Assembly (NCBI GenBank): GCA_965228895.1
Contig: OZ245842.1
Location: forward strand, 4,992,001-5,056,000
From: Alphaproteobacteria bacterium
GTDB taxonomy: Bacteria; Pseudomonadota; Alphaproteobacteria; SP197
Reading direction: 5' to 3'
Length of the DNA: 64,000 nt
Under the pieces are notes generated by a model. The model saw only the letters and a list, made by a program, of their open reading frames with translations. It did not search any database and had not been told where the DNA came from. Each line of letters begins with the position of its first letter. Position 1 is the first letter of the stretch. Positions 1 to 10,198 of this stretch are shown piece after piece. The position numbers and the translations under genes were made by a program.

Positions 1-44
1 CACCCATGGCAGCATCCTCGGGGTGGCCGGGCGGGGGAGTGGGC
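1..44. repeat. Partial copy (cut by window edge) of the GC-rich palindromic intergenic element also at 4759-4827
   Basis: Bases 1-44 are identical to 4781-4824 (cacccatggcagcatcctcggggtggccgggcgggggagtgggc); lies downstream of the 72..527 gene. Confidence 0.85.
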
Positions 45-71
45 CGGAGCCGGGGAAAATGCGGTTGCACG

Positions 72-527
72 TCAGTGCTTCTGCTGCGAGACGGCTTCGC
101 GCAACTGCGCGGTCGTGCGTTCGACGCGGCGCGCCAGCTCACGCATGATCTCGATCGACATCGACGGGAACTGCGTGACCAGCTGGAAGAACAGATCCTT
201 CGAAATCATCAACGCTGTCAGATCCGATTTCGCCTTCACCGTCGCCGTTCGCGGCACGTCGCACAGGATCGCCGTTTCGCCGAGAAAATCGTTGGTCTTG
301 AGTGTCGCGACGGTCACCGGGCCTGTCTCGGTATCGACAATGACGTCGGCTTCACCGTCAATGATGATATAGGCGGAATCGCCCTGGTCACCCTGATGGC
401 ACAGTTCGTCGCCGGAGGCGAAACTCAGGCGTTCGGCGGTAAAAGCCAGGAGCTTGAGTTTGCTTGGCTCGATCTTGGCGAACAGCGGAATGTTGCGCAG
501 CAGATCGACATCTTGCTGAAGACTCAT
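72..527 (-). CDS. Stand-alone cyclic-nucleotide-binding domain protein
   Basis: cNMP beta-barrel motifs: LCHQGDQGDSAYIIIDGEADV, FLGETAIL..PRTATV; no HTH. Confidence 0.85.
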   Translation of the reverse strand: MSLQQDVDLLRNIPLFAKIEPSKLKLLAFTAERLSFASGDELCHQGDQGDSAYIIIDGEADVIVDTETGPVTVATLKTNDFLGETAILCDVPRTATVKAKSDLTALMISKDLFFQLVTQFPSMSIEIMRELARRVERTTAQLREAVSQQKH

Positions 528-552
528 GGTCGGGTGCTCCCTTTTTCCTTCT

Positions 553-3258
553 TCATTCTGCCGCCATCAGGTCGGCTAGAGTTGACTGACCCTCGGCCAG
601 ATCCTCAAAACGACCTCTCTCGACAATCTTGCCGCCCTTCATGACGACAACCTGGTCGAACCCGCGCGCCTGGCTTGGCCGGTGCAGGATCCAGATCAGC
701 GCCCGGCCCTCGCACTCCTTGCGAATGTTTCTCAATATGGTGCTTTGGGCGGCGCCATCCAATGCGGCGGTGGCTTCGGAGAGAATCATGATGTCCGGCC
801 GTTTCAGGATGGCGCGCGCGATGGCGACCTTCTGACGCTGGGCCGGGGACAGCCGCGAGCCGCCGACGCCGACCTCGAAATCAAGGCCGACCTCGATCAC
901 GGTCGGCCTCAGGTCGAGCTGAGCAATGACCTCGGAGATCAGCTCGCCGACCTTGGTCTGGGCCTGGGCGCGGCCATAGGCGAGCTTGCCGAACAGAATG
1001 TTGTCCTGAAGCGACGAGGCGGCGTTGTAGAGCGTGCGCTCGAAGAACTCGACCGAACCCTTGAGGTCGTCGGGCAGGTTTTCGGCGAAGAGCGCGCGCG
1101 CTTTCAGGATGCGCGACCGAATGTCCTCGTCGATCAGGCCCAGGCGATGGCGCGAGGGGATCAGCTTGAACGGCAGTGACAACAGCTTCAGCCGCTCGTC
1201 GCCTTCCAGCGCTTTGACACCATCGCGTTCGGCGCGACGAACAATCGCCTGATAGTCCGGCAGGTCGTCGAGCGAGATGAACGCGAACTGAGCGAAGAAC
1301 TCGTGCTCGGGCGGCAGGTCGGCGAACAGCTCGATCATGGTCTGGGCGACCTCGAAACCCATGTCGAGAAGCTCGTCCTCCAGACCTACCTTGCCCAGCG
1401 TCTCCATGACGTAAGCGTTTTCCGCCAGGCGCTCCAAATCAAAGGCATCGCCGACCGGCGTGCCGAACAGGAGGTTCTCGGCCAGCGTCGCATTGGTGTT
1501 GTAGGTGAGCGCATCGAACGGCTCGACCAGTCCGCGATAGGCCGGATCATCCAGGCGCTGCTGCAGCATGCGGCGCGCCTCCAACAACATCTCGGCCGCT
1601 TCCGGACGCTCTTCGGGGTCCAAGGTTCCGCGCAGTCCAAGGTTGTACGCATCCTCGGTCATGTCGGCGACTTCCAGCGCGCGCAAAACCGCCTGGTTCA
1701 AACCCTGCGCGTCGCTGACGCCGGCCGCGGCGTAGTCGATCCATTCGGCGTGTCGGTCTTCCGTCGTGTTGCCCGTGCGCTCCGCTTCCGATTTGGCACG
1801 GGCCATCGCACGTTTCTCATCGGGGTCGTCGGGTTCGCGCGCCTCGAGCTGGGCGTGTTTCAGGCCATAAAGCAGGTTGTCGGCCAGACTGGCGGAGATC
1901 AGGTGGGTCGACCCACCGACAAAACCGATGCGCTGGCCTGTCGACGCCTCGGGCAAACGCGAGGCGTCTTCGCCGCTCATGCGCAGGTTGCCGCCGGTGC
2001 CGTCGATCAGGTGGGCAAGCAGCAGAGCGACTTCGGTCTTGCCGCTTGACGCATCGCCGACAACCGCAATGTGACTGGTCGCGCCGACGTCCAGGGTCAG
2101 CCCGTCGATGATCGAATCACCGTCTTCGGCATATTGCAGATTGCTGGCGGACAGCCCCTGGGTGAACGGTTTGACCTGGTGGTCGTTGCCAAAAACGATG
2201 TCTTCATCGCGCATGCCCGGCGGCGCGAACTGGGTGACCACCTGGTCGTACTTGATCTTCGAATCTTCCCGGATCTGATAGAAGTTCAGCAATTCCTTCC
2301 AGGGCGGCTGCAGGTCCTTGTAGGCGGCCAGAACCGCGACCAGACCGCCGAGCGACAAATCGCCCTGAATGACCAGATAACCGCCGACCGCGTAGAAGAA
2401 GAACGGCGTCAGCTGGGCCAGGAAGTTGTTCAGGAATTTGATGAAGAACTTCTTCCTGAAGATGTCGTAGCGGATCTCGAAGATGCGCTGCATGCGCCAC
2501 GCAAAATCAGCGAGCTCGAAACGCATGGTGTCGTTGGCATGCATTTCCTGGCTCGACTGAACGGTCTCGGAGATGCGTTCGGAGAGCTTGCGCACCTCCT
2601 TGACCCGCGCCTTGCCGAGCAGGTTCACCTGGCGCTGCAGCTTGGGAATGATCCAGCCCTGGATCGGATAGAGCGAAACGGCCGCCGCGCCCATCCAGGG
2701 GTCCTGCATGAAGATGAACACCAGCGCGGTGATCAAAAGGCCGCCCTGATAGAGCGGCAGCGCGATCGAATCACCGATAAAGCCGCCCAATGGTTCGACT
2801 TCCTGGGTGATCATCGGAATGATCTCGCCCGAGCCGACCCGGCGGAAATGGGGCAGCGGAAATCTGAGCACACGGCTGAAAAGCTGATAGCGCAGGCGGC
2901 GCAGCATGCGCTCGCCCAACAGGCCCTTATAGACGTTGATGAACCACTTGAAGCCGCCGTTCATCAGGACCAGGAACAGGAACAGGCCGCAATAGATAGC
3001 CAACAGATGCAGCCGGTCGACGTCGCCAAGCTGGATGCCCATGACTTCCAGATAGCGCGGCACCGAATCCGCCGTTGCCGACTCCCGCATGCTCTCGGGC
3101 ACGTATTCGGGAATGTCGGTAAGAACGTTGTTGACGATCAGCTTGGGAATATCGAGCGAGGCATAATAAAACGGCAACGAAAGCAGCGTGAAACACAGAA
3201 TGAAAATCTGTTGCCGCTTCGAATAGCGAAAGATGAACTTGTAAATTGTACGTTCCAT
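553..3258 (-). CDS. ABC exporter-type protein (TMD + degenerate, interrupted NBD)
   Basis: N-terminal ABC_membrane hydrophobic helices; Walker A-like GDASSGKT; signature LSPAQRQKVAIARA; Walker B-like IMILSEATAALD; H-loop ILH. Confidence 0.85.
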   Translation of the reverse strand: MERTIYKFIFRYSKRQQIFILCFTLLSLPFYYASLDIPKLIVNNVLTDIPEYVPESMRESATADSVPRYLEVMGIQLGDVDRLHLLAIYCGLFLFLVLMNGGFKWFINVYKGLLGERMLRRLRYQLFSRVLRFPLPHFRRVGSGEIIPMITQEVEPLGGFIGDSIALPLYQGGLLITALVFIFMQDPWMGAAAVSLYPIQGWIIPKLQRQVNLLGKARVKEVRKLSERISETVQSSQEMHANDTMRFELADFAWRMQRIFEIRYDIFRKKFFIKFLNNFLAQLTPFFFYAVGGYLVIQGDLSLGGLVAVLAAYKDLQPPWKELLNFYQIREDSKIKYDQVVTQFAPPGMRDEDIVFGNDHQVKPFTQGLSASNLQYAEDGDSIIDGLTLDVGATSHIAVVGDASSGKTEVALLLAHLIDGTGGNLRMSGEDASRLPEASTGQRIGFVGGSTHLISASLADNLLYGLKHAQLEAREPDDPDEKRAMARAKSEAERTGNTTEDRHAEWIDYAAAGVSDAQGLNQAVLRALEVADMTEDAYNLGLRGTLDPEERPEAAEMLLEARRMLQQRLDDPAYRGLVEPFDALTYNTNATLAENLLFGTPVGDAFDLERLAENAYVMETLGKVGLEDELLDMGFEVAQTMIELFADLPPEHEFFAQFAFISLDDLPDYQAIVRRAERDGVKALEGDERLKLLSLPFKLIPSRHRLGLIDEDIRSRILKARALFAENLPDDLKGSVEFFERTLYNAASSLQDNILFGKLAYGRAQAQTKVGELISEVIAQLDLRPTVIEVGLDFEVGVGGSRLSPAQRQKVAIARAILKRPDIMILSEATAALDGAAQSTILRNIRKECEGRALIWILHRPSQARGFDQVVVMKGGKIVERGRFEDLAEGQSTLADLMAAE

Positions 3259-3460
3259 GAAACGGCACGAAGCGGCCTTGCCCCCCCAATTTGGCCTTAT
3301 TTGGCGGCCAGAAAGACTACAGAAGCGACGTGGACCGGTAAACGGGTTCCCAACACCACGTCCTTAGGGCCGCAAACCGGTCAAATGTAAGCCTTTTCGG
3401 CGCTTGCCGCCCTGTGCCATAGTTCGACGCAACTGGGGATGGGGTGATTCGGGAGGCGCC

Positions 3461-4720
3461 ATGATGACGGCAGCCAACAGGCCGCGTGTCCTGATTTACA
3501 GCCATGACAGCTTTGGCCTTGGCCACTTGCGGCGTTGCCGTGCGCTGGCCCACGCGATGGTCGGCGATATCGACAACCTGACCGTTCTGATCCTTTCCGG
3601 CTCGCCGATCATCGGCAGCTTCGACTTCCGCGCCCGTGTCGACTTCGTGCGCGTGCCCGGCGTCATTAAGCTTCGCAATGGCGAATACACCGCGCTCAAC
3701 CTGCTGCTCGATACCGAGCAGACGATGGCGATGCGCGCATCGATCATCAAACACACCGCCGACATCTTCGATCCCGACATCCTGCTGGTCGACAAGGAAC
3801 CGCTTGGCCTGCGCGGCGAGGTCAAGGAAACCATGGAGATGCTGAAGGCGCGCGGCACCAAGCTCATCCTGGGCCTGCGCGACGTCATGGACGATGCGGC
3901 GCTGCTGGCGCCGGAATGGGAACGCAAAGGCGCCATGCCGGCGCTGCGCGACATCTATGACGAGATCTGGGTCTACGGCCTGCCCCAGATCCACGATCCC
4001 CTGGAACACCTCAGCGTGCCGCAATCGGTGCGCCACAAGATGGTCTATACCGGCTATCTCGAACGCTCGGTGCCCCAGGCCCTGCCCGACCAGGGTCTGC
4101 CCGATGGCGTCGAAGAGCCGTTCATCCTAGTCACCACCGGCGGCGGTGGCGACGGCGACCAGTTGGTCGACTGGGTGTTGAAGGCCTATGAAAGCGATAT
4201 GGCGCCGCCGACCCATGCACTGATTGTCTTTGGCCCCTTCATGCAGCCGGAGCTGAAATCGGATTTCCAGGACCGTGTCGACAAGCTGGACAACGTCACC
4301 GCCATCACCTTCGACGCACACTTGGAAACACTGATGGCCCAGGCCGCCGGGGTTGTCGCGATGGGTGGCTACAACACGTTCTGCGAGATCCTGTCGTTCG
4401 ATAAACCGGCGCTCATCGTTCCCCGCCAGGTGCCGCGCCGCGAGCAGCTGATCCGCGCCTCGCGCGCCCAGGAGATGGGCCTGGTCTCCATGCTGACCGA
4501 AGACAGCGCCCAGAACCCCACGGTCATGGCAACCGCAATGCGCCAGCTGACGCAACAGCGCCGTCCCAGCAATGTCGTTGTGCCCGGGCTGCTTGACGGA
4601 CTGGAGAACGTCAACCGCCTGGTCAAGATGCACTTGGCCGAAGGCCGGCACGCGGCGCGCAAGACCAATGCCGCACGCCAGCGCAAACTGACGGTCGCGC
4701 AGGACAGCGCCGTTTCGTGA
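3461..4720 (+). CDS. GT-B glycosyltransferase (GT28/MurG-like C-terminal domain family)
   Basis: YSHDSFGLGHLRR N-motif, TTGGGGDG, AMGGYNTFCE, PR..REQ; RBS gggagg before ATG 3461. Confidence 0.8.
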   Translation: MMTAANRPRVLIYSHDSFGLGHLRRCRALAHAMVGDIDNLTVLILSGSPIIGSFDFRARVDFVRVPGVIKLRNGEYTALNLLLDTEQTMAMRASIIKHTADIFDPDILLVDKEPLGLRGEVKETMEMLKARGTKLILGLRDVMDDAALLAPEWERKGAMPALRDIYDEIWVYGLPQIHDPLEHLSVPQSVRHKMVYTGYLERSVPQALPDQGLPDGVEEPFILVTTGGGGDGDQLVDWVLKAYESDMAPPTHALIVFGPFMQPELKSDFQDRVDKLDNVTAITFDAHLETLMAQAAGVVAMGGYNTFCEILSFDKPALIVPRQVPRREQLIRASRAQEMGLVSMLTEDSAQNPTVMATAMRQLTQQRRPSNVVVPGLLDGLENVNRLVKMHLAEGRHAARKTNAARQRKLTVAQDSAVS

Positions 4721-4758
4721 CACGTGTTTTTATTTGGTCCGTTCACACGGGGCCGGGG

Positions 4759-4827
4759 CCAGCCCACTCCCCCGCCCGGCCACCCATGGCAGCATCCTCG
4801 GGGTGGCCGGGCGGGGGAGTGGGCTGG
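4759..4827. repeat. Perfect 27-bp inverted repeat with 15-nt loop (REP/MITE-like palindrome)
   Basis: 4759-4785 ccagcccactcccccgcccggccaccc is the exact reverse complement of 4801-4827; second copy at 1-44. Confidence 0.9.
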
Positions 4828-4836
4828 TGATGTCCC

Positions 4837-6084
4837 TTGGAGCGCGAGCCCTCTAAGACAGACCGGGTCGCCTTCCTTCTGAAAGGCTACCCCCGGCTCA
4901 GCGAGACGTTTATCGCCCAGGAGATCCTGGCGCTGGAGCAACGCGGTCTGGCAATCGAGATCGTCTCGCTGCGCCACCCGACCGACACCAGCACCCATCC
5001 GGTGCATGACGAGATCACCGCACCCGTTACCTATCTGCCCGAATATCTCTATCAGGAGCCGCGACGCGTCTTCGCGGCGTGGCTGAAGGCACGCCGCCTG
5101 CCCGGTTACGGCCAAGCGTTCCGAACCTGGGTCCGTGACCTCCGGCGCGACAGGACGCCGAACCGCATCCGGCGCTTCGGCCAGGCTTGTGTCGTCGCCG
5201 CCGAGGTCGCACCGCGGGTCAAACACCTGCACGCGCACTTTCTGCACACGCCCGCCTCGGTCGCCCGCTACGCCGCCATGATGACCGGGCTACCGTGGAC
5301 CTGCTCGGCCCATGCCAAGGATATCTACACGAGCCCGAACTGGGAGATCAGCGAGAAGCTCGGCGATTGCGGCTGGCTGGTCACCTGTACCGCCGCGAAC
5401 CGCGACCATCTGAGCGACCTGGCGCCCGATCCCGACAAGGTCGCGCTGGTCTATCACGGCCTTGATCTCGGCCGCTGGCCGGCGCCGGAACGCCGCGACG
5501 GCGTTCGCGATGGCAGCGATGCCGACAACCCCGTCCGCCTGGTTTCCGTCGGCCGCGCGGTCGAGAAAAAGGGCTATGACGACCTGCTGGCCGCGCTAGC
5601 CCTGTTGCCCAAGGATCTTGCCTGGCGCCTGGATCACATCGGCGGCGGGCCCCTGCGCGCGAAGCTGCAACAGCTTGCTGAGCAGATGGGGCTTCAGGAC
5701 CGCATCACCTGGCACGGCGCCCAGGCTCAGGACGCGGTCCGGCGCGCTTACCGGGACGCCGACCTTTTTGTGCTGGCGCCGCGCATTGCCGCCGATGGCG
5801 ACCGCGACGGCCTGCCCAATGTCATGATGGAGGCGCAAAGTCAGGGCCTGGCGGCGGTCACGACCGCTGTATCGGCTGTGCCCGAATTGATCAGCGACGG
5901 CGTTAATGGGCTGTTGAGCCCACCTGGTGACCCCACGGCTTTGGCAACATCGCTGGCGCGCCTGATCGGCGATCCCGCTCTGCGGCGACGCATGGGAGAC
6001 GCCGGCCGTCAGCGGGTCGTAGACGACTTCGCCATGGAACATGGGATCGATGATCTGGCTGCCCGTTTCGGTCTGGGCCAGTAG
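4837..6084 (+). CDS. Glycosyltransferase family 4 (WcaL-like)
   Basis: YPRLSETFI, HLHAHF, SVGRAVEKKG, DRDGLPNVMMEA motifs; TTG start. Confidence 0.85.
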   Translation: MEREPSKTDRVAFLLKGYPRLSETFIAQEILALEQRGLAIEIVSLRHPTDTSTHPVHDEITAPVTYLPEYLYQEPRRVFAAWLKARRLPGYGQAFRTWVRDLRRDRTPNRIRRFGQACVVAAEVAPRVKHLHAHFLHTPASVARYAAMMTGLPWTCSAHAKDIYTSPNWEISEKLGDCGWLVTCTAANRDHLSDLAPDPDKVALVYHGLDLGRWPAPERRDGVRDGSDADNPVRLVSVGRAVEKKGYDDLLAALALLPKDLAWRLDHIGGGPLRAKLQQLAEQMGLQDRITWHGAQAQDAVRRAYRDADLFVLAPRIAADGDRDGLPNVMMEAQSQGLAAVTTAVSAVPELISDGVNGLLSPPGDPTALATSLARLIGDPALRRRMGDAGRQRVVDDFAMEHGIDDLAARFGLGQ

Positions 6085-6093
6085 GATCGCACC

Positions 6094-7209
6094 ATGCGCA
6101 TCGCGTTCTACGCCCCCATGAAACCGCCGACCCATCGCGTGCCGTCAGGCGACCGGGCCGTGGCGCGCCTGCTGATCCGCGCGCTCAGACAACAGGGGCA
6201 CGATGTTTTTCTGGCCTCGACCCTGCGCGCCTATGACGGCACGGGCGATCATCGCCGCCAGTTGAAGCTCGCCAAGCGCGGCGCGGCCCATGCCAAACGC
6301 CTGATCGATGAATGGCGCGATGCGCCGCCGGACGCCTGGTTCACCTATCACCTCTATCACAAGGCGCCGGACTATCTGGGACCACGTATCGCCGATACCT
6401 TCGACGTGCCCTATCTGGTCGCCGAACCTTCGGTCGCCATGAAACAACAGGACGGGCCGTGGTCTCTGGGCTTCGCCGTTGCTGCTGCGGCCTTACGCCG
6501 TGCCGACGGTCTTTTCACCATGACGCCGGAGGACGAAGCCGGGCTTGCCGATATCCAGATCGATCCCGAACGCTGTCACCGCCTGCCGCCGTTCCTGGAC
6601 ACGCGGCCCTATGCGTTGCAGCGGCACAAGGCGGCGCGGCGCGAAGTGGCGCGGCGTTATGGCCTTGATCCGCGCAAGACCTGGTTGCTGACCGTCGCCA
6701 TGATGCGGCCGGGCGATAAGCTCGCCAGCTACAGACGGCTGGCGGCAGCGGTTGATCGGCTGGCCGGCGACGACTGGAGCCTGTTGATCGTCGGCGACGG
6801 GCCGTGCCGCGCCGAGGTCGAGACCCTGTTCGCCGGATGCGCGATCTTTGCCGGGGCGCTGCCGGAGCGTTCCCTACCGCTGCATTATGCGGCGGCCGAC
6901 CTGTTCGTCTGGCCCGCGGTCAACGAGGCCTATGGCATGGCGCTTTTGTCCGCCCAGGCCGCCGGCGTGCCGGTGATCGCCGGGCGCGAGCGCGGCGTGC
7001 CGGAGGTTGTCGCCGATGGCCAGACCGGCGTCTTGACCAGCCCTGGCGACGATCAGGCCTTTGCCAAAGCCGTAGACACCTTGCTGGCCGACCCTGATCG
7101 CAGAGCCGCGATGTCCGCGAAGGCCGCCGAGACGGTGCGCCGCGATCACAGCCTGGAGACGGCAGGCGCGATCCTGACGCGTGTGATCGATCGGGTCAGC
7201 CGATCATGA
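6094..7209 (+). CDS. Glycosyltransferase family 4
   Basis: MRIAFYAPMKPP..PSGD, ADLFVWPAVNEAYGMALL, GVPEVV..GQTG. Confidence 0.85.
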   Translation: MRIAFYAPMKPPTHRVPSGDRAVARLLIRALRQQGHDVFLASTLRAYDGTGDHRRQLKLAKRGAAHAKRLIDEWRDAPPDAWFTYHLYHKAPDYLGPRIADTFDVPYLVAEPSVAMKQQDGPWSLGFAVAAAALRRADGLFTMTPEDEAGLADIQIDPERCHRLPPFLDTRPYALQRHKAARREVARRYGLDPRKTWLLTVAMMRPGDKLASYRRLAAAVDRLAGDDWSLLIVGDGPCRAEVETLFAGCAIFAGALPERSLPLHYAAADLFVWPAVNEAYGMALLSAQAAGVPVIAGRERGVPEVVADGQTGVLTSPGDDQAFAKAVDTLLADPDRRAAMSAKAAETVRRDHSLETAGAILTRVIDRVSRS

Positions 7210-7796
7210 CCGTGGTCGCTTTGATCCGGCACGCGCCGACGACCTGGAACGACCAGCGCCTGATCCAGGGTCGAAGCGACACCGCGCTATCGGAAGCCGG
7301 CATCGCGATGGCGCGATCCTGGCGCGTGCCGGAAGCGCTGACCGGCATGCCCTGGGTCACCAGCACGCTTAGCCGCACCCGGGAGACCGCGCGCCACATG
7401 GGTATCGAACCGCTGGCCGCCGATTCACGCCTGGACGAGATGGATTGGGGCGAATGGGCCGGGCGCAGTCTGACTGACCTGCGCGCCGAGTTTGGATCCA
7501 CCATGGCCGAGAACGAAGCGCTGGGCCTCGACTTTCGCCCGACCGGCGGTGAAAGCCCACGCGAGGTGCAACGCAGGCTGAGCGCCTGGCTGAAGGATAT
7601 CGCCGAGGCAGGCGCCGACATTGGCGCCATCACCCATCGTGGCGTTCAACGCGCAGCGATAGGATTGGCAACAGGATGGGACTTCATGGACAAGCCGCCC
7701 CTGAAGCTCGCGCGTGGCGCCATTCTTCTGCTGGCGCTAGATGACGTCGGACGGCCTCGCCTTGGCCGGACGGATCTACGGCTGGACGCCCCTTGA
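7206..7796 (+). CDS. Histidine phosphatase (phosphoglycerate mutase-like) family protein
   Basis: LIRHAPT..N...QG..D..LS, RTRETA, LDEMDWGEW, GGES, ITHRG. Confidence 0.85.
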   Translation: MTVVALIRHAPTTWNDQRLIQGRSDTALSEAGIAMARSWRVPEALTGMPWVTSTLSRTRETARHMGIEPLAADSRLDEMDWGEWAGRSLTDLRAEFGSTMAENEALGLDFRPTGGESPREVQRRLSAWLKDIAEAGADIGAITHRGVQRAAIGLATGWDFMDKPPLKLARGAILLLALDDVGRPRLGRTDLRLDAP

Positions 7797-8938
7797 CCGG
7801 CCACGTCACTCTTTGGGTGCAGCATCTGCTCGGTACCGGTCACCTGCGCCGCTGCGCCGCCATTGCCAAGGCGACGGCGGACAAGGGACTGGAGGTGACC
7901 GTGCTCTCCGGCGGCATGCCGGTACCGCATCTGGATGTCGGCACTGCCCGGCTGGTGCAGCTGAGCCCGCTGCGCGCGGTCGACGAAACCTTCTCCGGTC
8001 TCGCTCTTGCTTCCGGCGATGCCGCGACCCCGGACGATCTGGACCGCCGCCGCACTGAAGCGCTGGCGGCCTTGGCGGCGGCCGGGCCCGATCTCCTGAT
8101 TACGGAAACCTTTCCGTTTGGTCGGCGCCAACTACGCGATGAAGCGCTGGCCCTCATCAAACATGCACGCGAAAACGGCGCCACAACGGCCGTGTCGGTG
8201 CGCGATATCCTGCAACGCCAGACCAAGGCCGGGCGCTATGAGGAGATGCTGGCGCTGGCGCTGGAACATGCCGACCACGTCATGGTGCACGGCGATCCAA
8301 GCCTGGTGCCCTTCGATTTGACGTTTCCCCTGGCCGCACAGCTCGGCGAACGCCTCGACTACACCGGTTACATCGCCGGTAAGGCCGCGCGGCGGCAGAC
8401 GGATGGGCCAGGCGACGGCGAGATCGTCGTCTCGGTCGGCGGCGGCGCGACCGGCGCTCCGCTGCTGGCCGCCGCGCTTGATGCCAGGGCCGCCGCCAAG
8501 GCGGCAGGCGATCGGGTGTGGCGGCTTCTGGTCGGCCACGATCTGGCCGCCGGTGCCTTGGCGCCCCGCCTTGCCGATCCACCGCCCGGCGTCATCGTTG
8601 AGGCAGCCCGGCCCGACTTCGCCGCGCTCTTGGCCAACTGCGCTGTCTCCGTCTCCCAGGCGGGCTATAATACGGTCGTCGACATCTTGGCCGCCGGAGC
8701 GCGCTCGGTCCTCGTACCCTTCGCGCGCGGCGGCGAAACCGAACAACGGGACCGGGCAGAACGGCTTGCCGATCTGGGAGTGGCCATCATGGTTGAAGAA
8801 ACGGCGCTGTCGCCGGAACGGTTGGCTGCGGCGGTTGATGCCGCGCTCGGCAACGCGCCACCCGACCCTGCCAAATTCGACCTGGATGGCGCTGCAAGAA
8901 GCGCTTCGCTGATAGACGCTTGGACCCGCCGTGGCTGA
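7793..8938 (+). CDS. GT-B glycosyltransferase (GT28 C-terminal family)
   Basis: QHLLGTGHLRR, ETFPFGRR, VSVGGG, SQAGYNT, ETEQ. Confidence 0.8.
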   Translation: MTGHVTLWVQHLLGTGHLRRCAAIAKATADKGLEVTVLSGGMPVPHLDVGTARLVQLSPLRAVDETFSGLALASGDAATPDDLDRRRTEALAALAAAGPDLLITETFPFGRRQLRDEALALIKHARENGATTAVSVRDILQRQTKAGRYEEMLALALEHADHVMVHGDPSLVPFDLTFPLAAQLGERLDYTGYIAGKAARRQTDGPGDGEIVVSVGGGATGAPLLAAALDARAAAKAAGDRVWRLLVGHDLAAGALAPRLADPPPGVIVEAARPDFAALLANCAVSVSQAGYNTVVDILAAGARSVLVPFARGGETEQRDRAERLADLGVAIMVEETALSPERLAAAVDAALGNAPPDPAKFDLDGAARSASLIDAWTRRG

Positions 8939-9695
8939 GTGGAACGACCTGACCGACGAGCTCGACCGATGGCGCCAGTCCGGACGCCGCGCGACGTTCT
9001 GGTGGCGCGACGACGATGCCGGTCCCGACGACGGCAAACTCCAGGCCTTTTTGGATCAGCGACGTCACCTCGATGCGCCCCTGGCGCTTGCCACCGTGCC
9101 GGCCTGGCTTACCGCACCGACAACCCGACAGATTCTGGCCGACCGGGGCACCAGCGTGCTGCAGCATGGCTGGGCACACCGCAATAACGCCGCGCCACCT
9201 GCCAAAAAGACCGAATTGGCCGACGGGGTCCAAAATCTAGAGGACGACCTTAGAAAGGGCCGGGAGACGCTTCAGGCGGCCTTTGACGCGCGGTTTCAGC
9301 CGGTCATGGTGCCACCGTGGAACCGAATCGGGCCGTCGATCAAAGCAAAACTCGCCGGATTAGGGTATAGAGGTCTAAGTACGCACGGTCCGCGTGCAGA
9401 AACGCCAGAATTTGGCGTCCATACGGTCAACGTTCACATCGATATCATCGATTGGCGAACCCGGTCTTTCTGCGGTGATGCCGTGGCGTTGGCGCAAGCC
9501 ATCAGCCATCTTGAGGCCCGCCGAACCGGTCACGCCGATGCCCAGGAGCCGACCGGGCTGATGACCCACCACCGCGACCACGACGCGGCCTGCGAGCGGT
9601 TTGTCGACCGGTTTGTCGCGGCTATCCGAGATCACGACGCCGGCCAGTGGCTCGACGCGCGGAGCCTTTTCGGTGCGCGCCAGGAGGCGGCATGA
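8931..9695 (+). CDS. Polysaccharide deacetylase-like (NodB/CE4-fold) protein
   Basis: WWRDDD, LQHGWAH, VPPWNRI, GLMTHH metal-binding motifs. Confidence 0.75.
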   Translation: MAEWNDLTDELDRWRQSGRRATFWWRDDDAGPDDGKLQAFLDQRRHLDAPLALATVPAWLTAPTTRQILADRGTSVLQHGWAHRNNAAPPAKKTELADGVQNLEDDLRKGRETLQAAFDARFQPVMVPPWNRIGPSIKAKLAGLGYRGLSTHGPRAETPEFGVHTVNVHIDIIDWRTRSFCGDAVALAQAISHLEARRTGHADAQEPTGLMTHHRDHDAACERFVDRFVAAIRDHDAGQWLDARSLFGARQEAA

Positions 9696-10198
9696 GCGAA
9701 CACCGCTATGAAACCCGCGTCCTGACAGGCGATTACATCCGCTCCAGCGCCGGTGTCCTCTTGACCTGGGGACCATTGTTGATCGTTGAGGCCGCGCCCA
9801 TCATGGTTTACATCCTTGGTGCGCTGGGGGGCGTTTTTGCGGTCTTCGGGATCAGAACCCTGATCCGTCAGATGACCACCATTGAGGTTTCCGAGGACGG
9901 GATCCATGCCAGAGGTCCCGCCGGGAAGGCTGTGTTGTGGGATGACTTGAACAGTATGAAGCTCGCTTACTATTCCACCCGGCGAGATCGGCAACGAGGC
10001 TGGATGCACCTGACCGTCAAGGACGGTGCGAAGAAACTGGGTGTCGATTCTTCGATCAGCGATTTCGACACGATCGCCAGCGCCGCGCTGCGGGCCGCCA
10101 CGGCGCGCCGACTGAGCTTGTCCGACGTCACCCGGTCCAACTTTGAAGCCCTGGGTCTAACGCCCGATCCCCATGGCCTGCCGGATGACCACCTGTGA
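9692..10198 (+). CDS. Hypothetical membrane protein (2 TM + small soluble domain)
   Basis: ATG overlapping the upstream stop (atga), RBS aggagg, two hydrophobic segments. Confidence 0.7.
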   Translation: MSEHRYETRVLTGDYIRSSAGVLLTWGPLLIVEAAPIMVYILGALGGVFAVFGIRTLIRQMTTIEVSEDGIHARGPAGKAVLWDDLNSMKLAYYSTRRDRQRGWMHLTVKDGAKKLGVDSSISDFDTIASAALRAATARRLSLSDVTRSNFEALGLTPDPHGLPDDHL

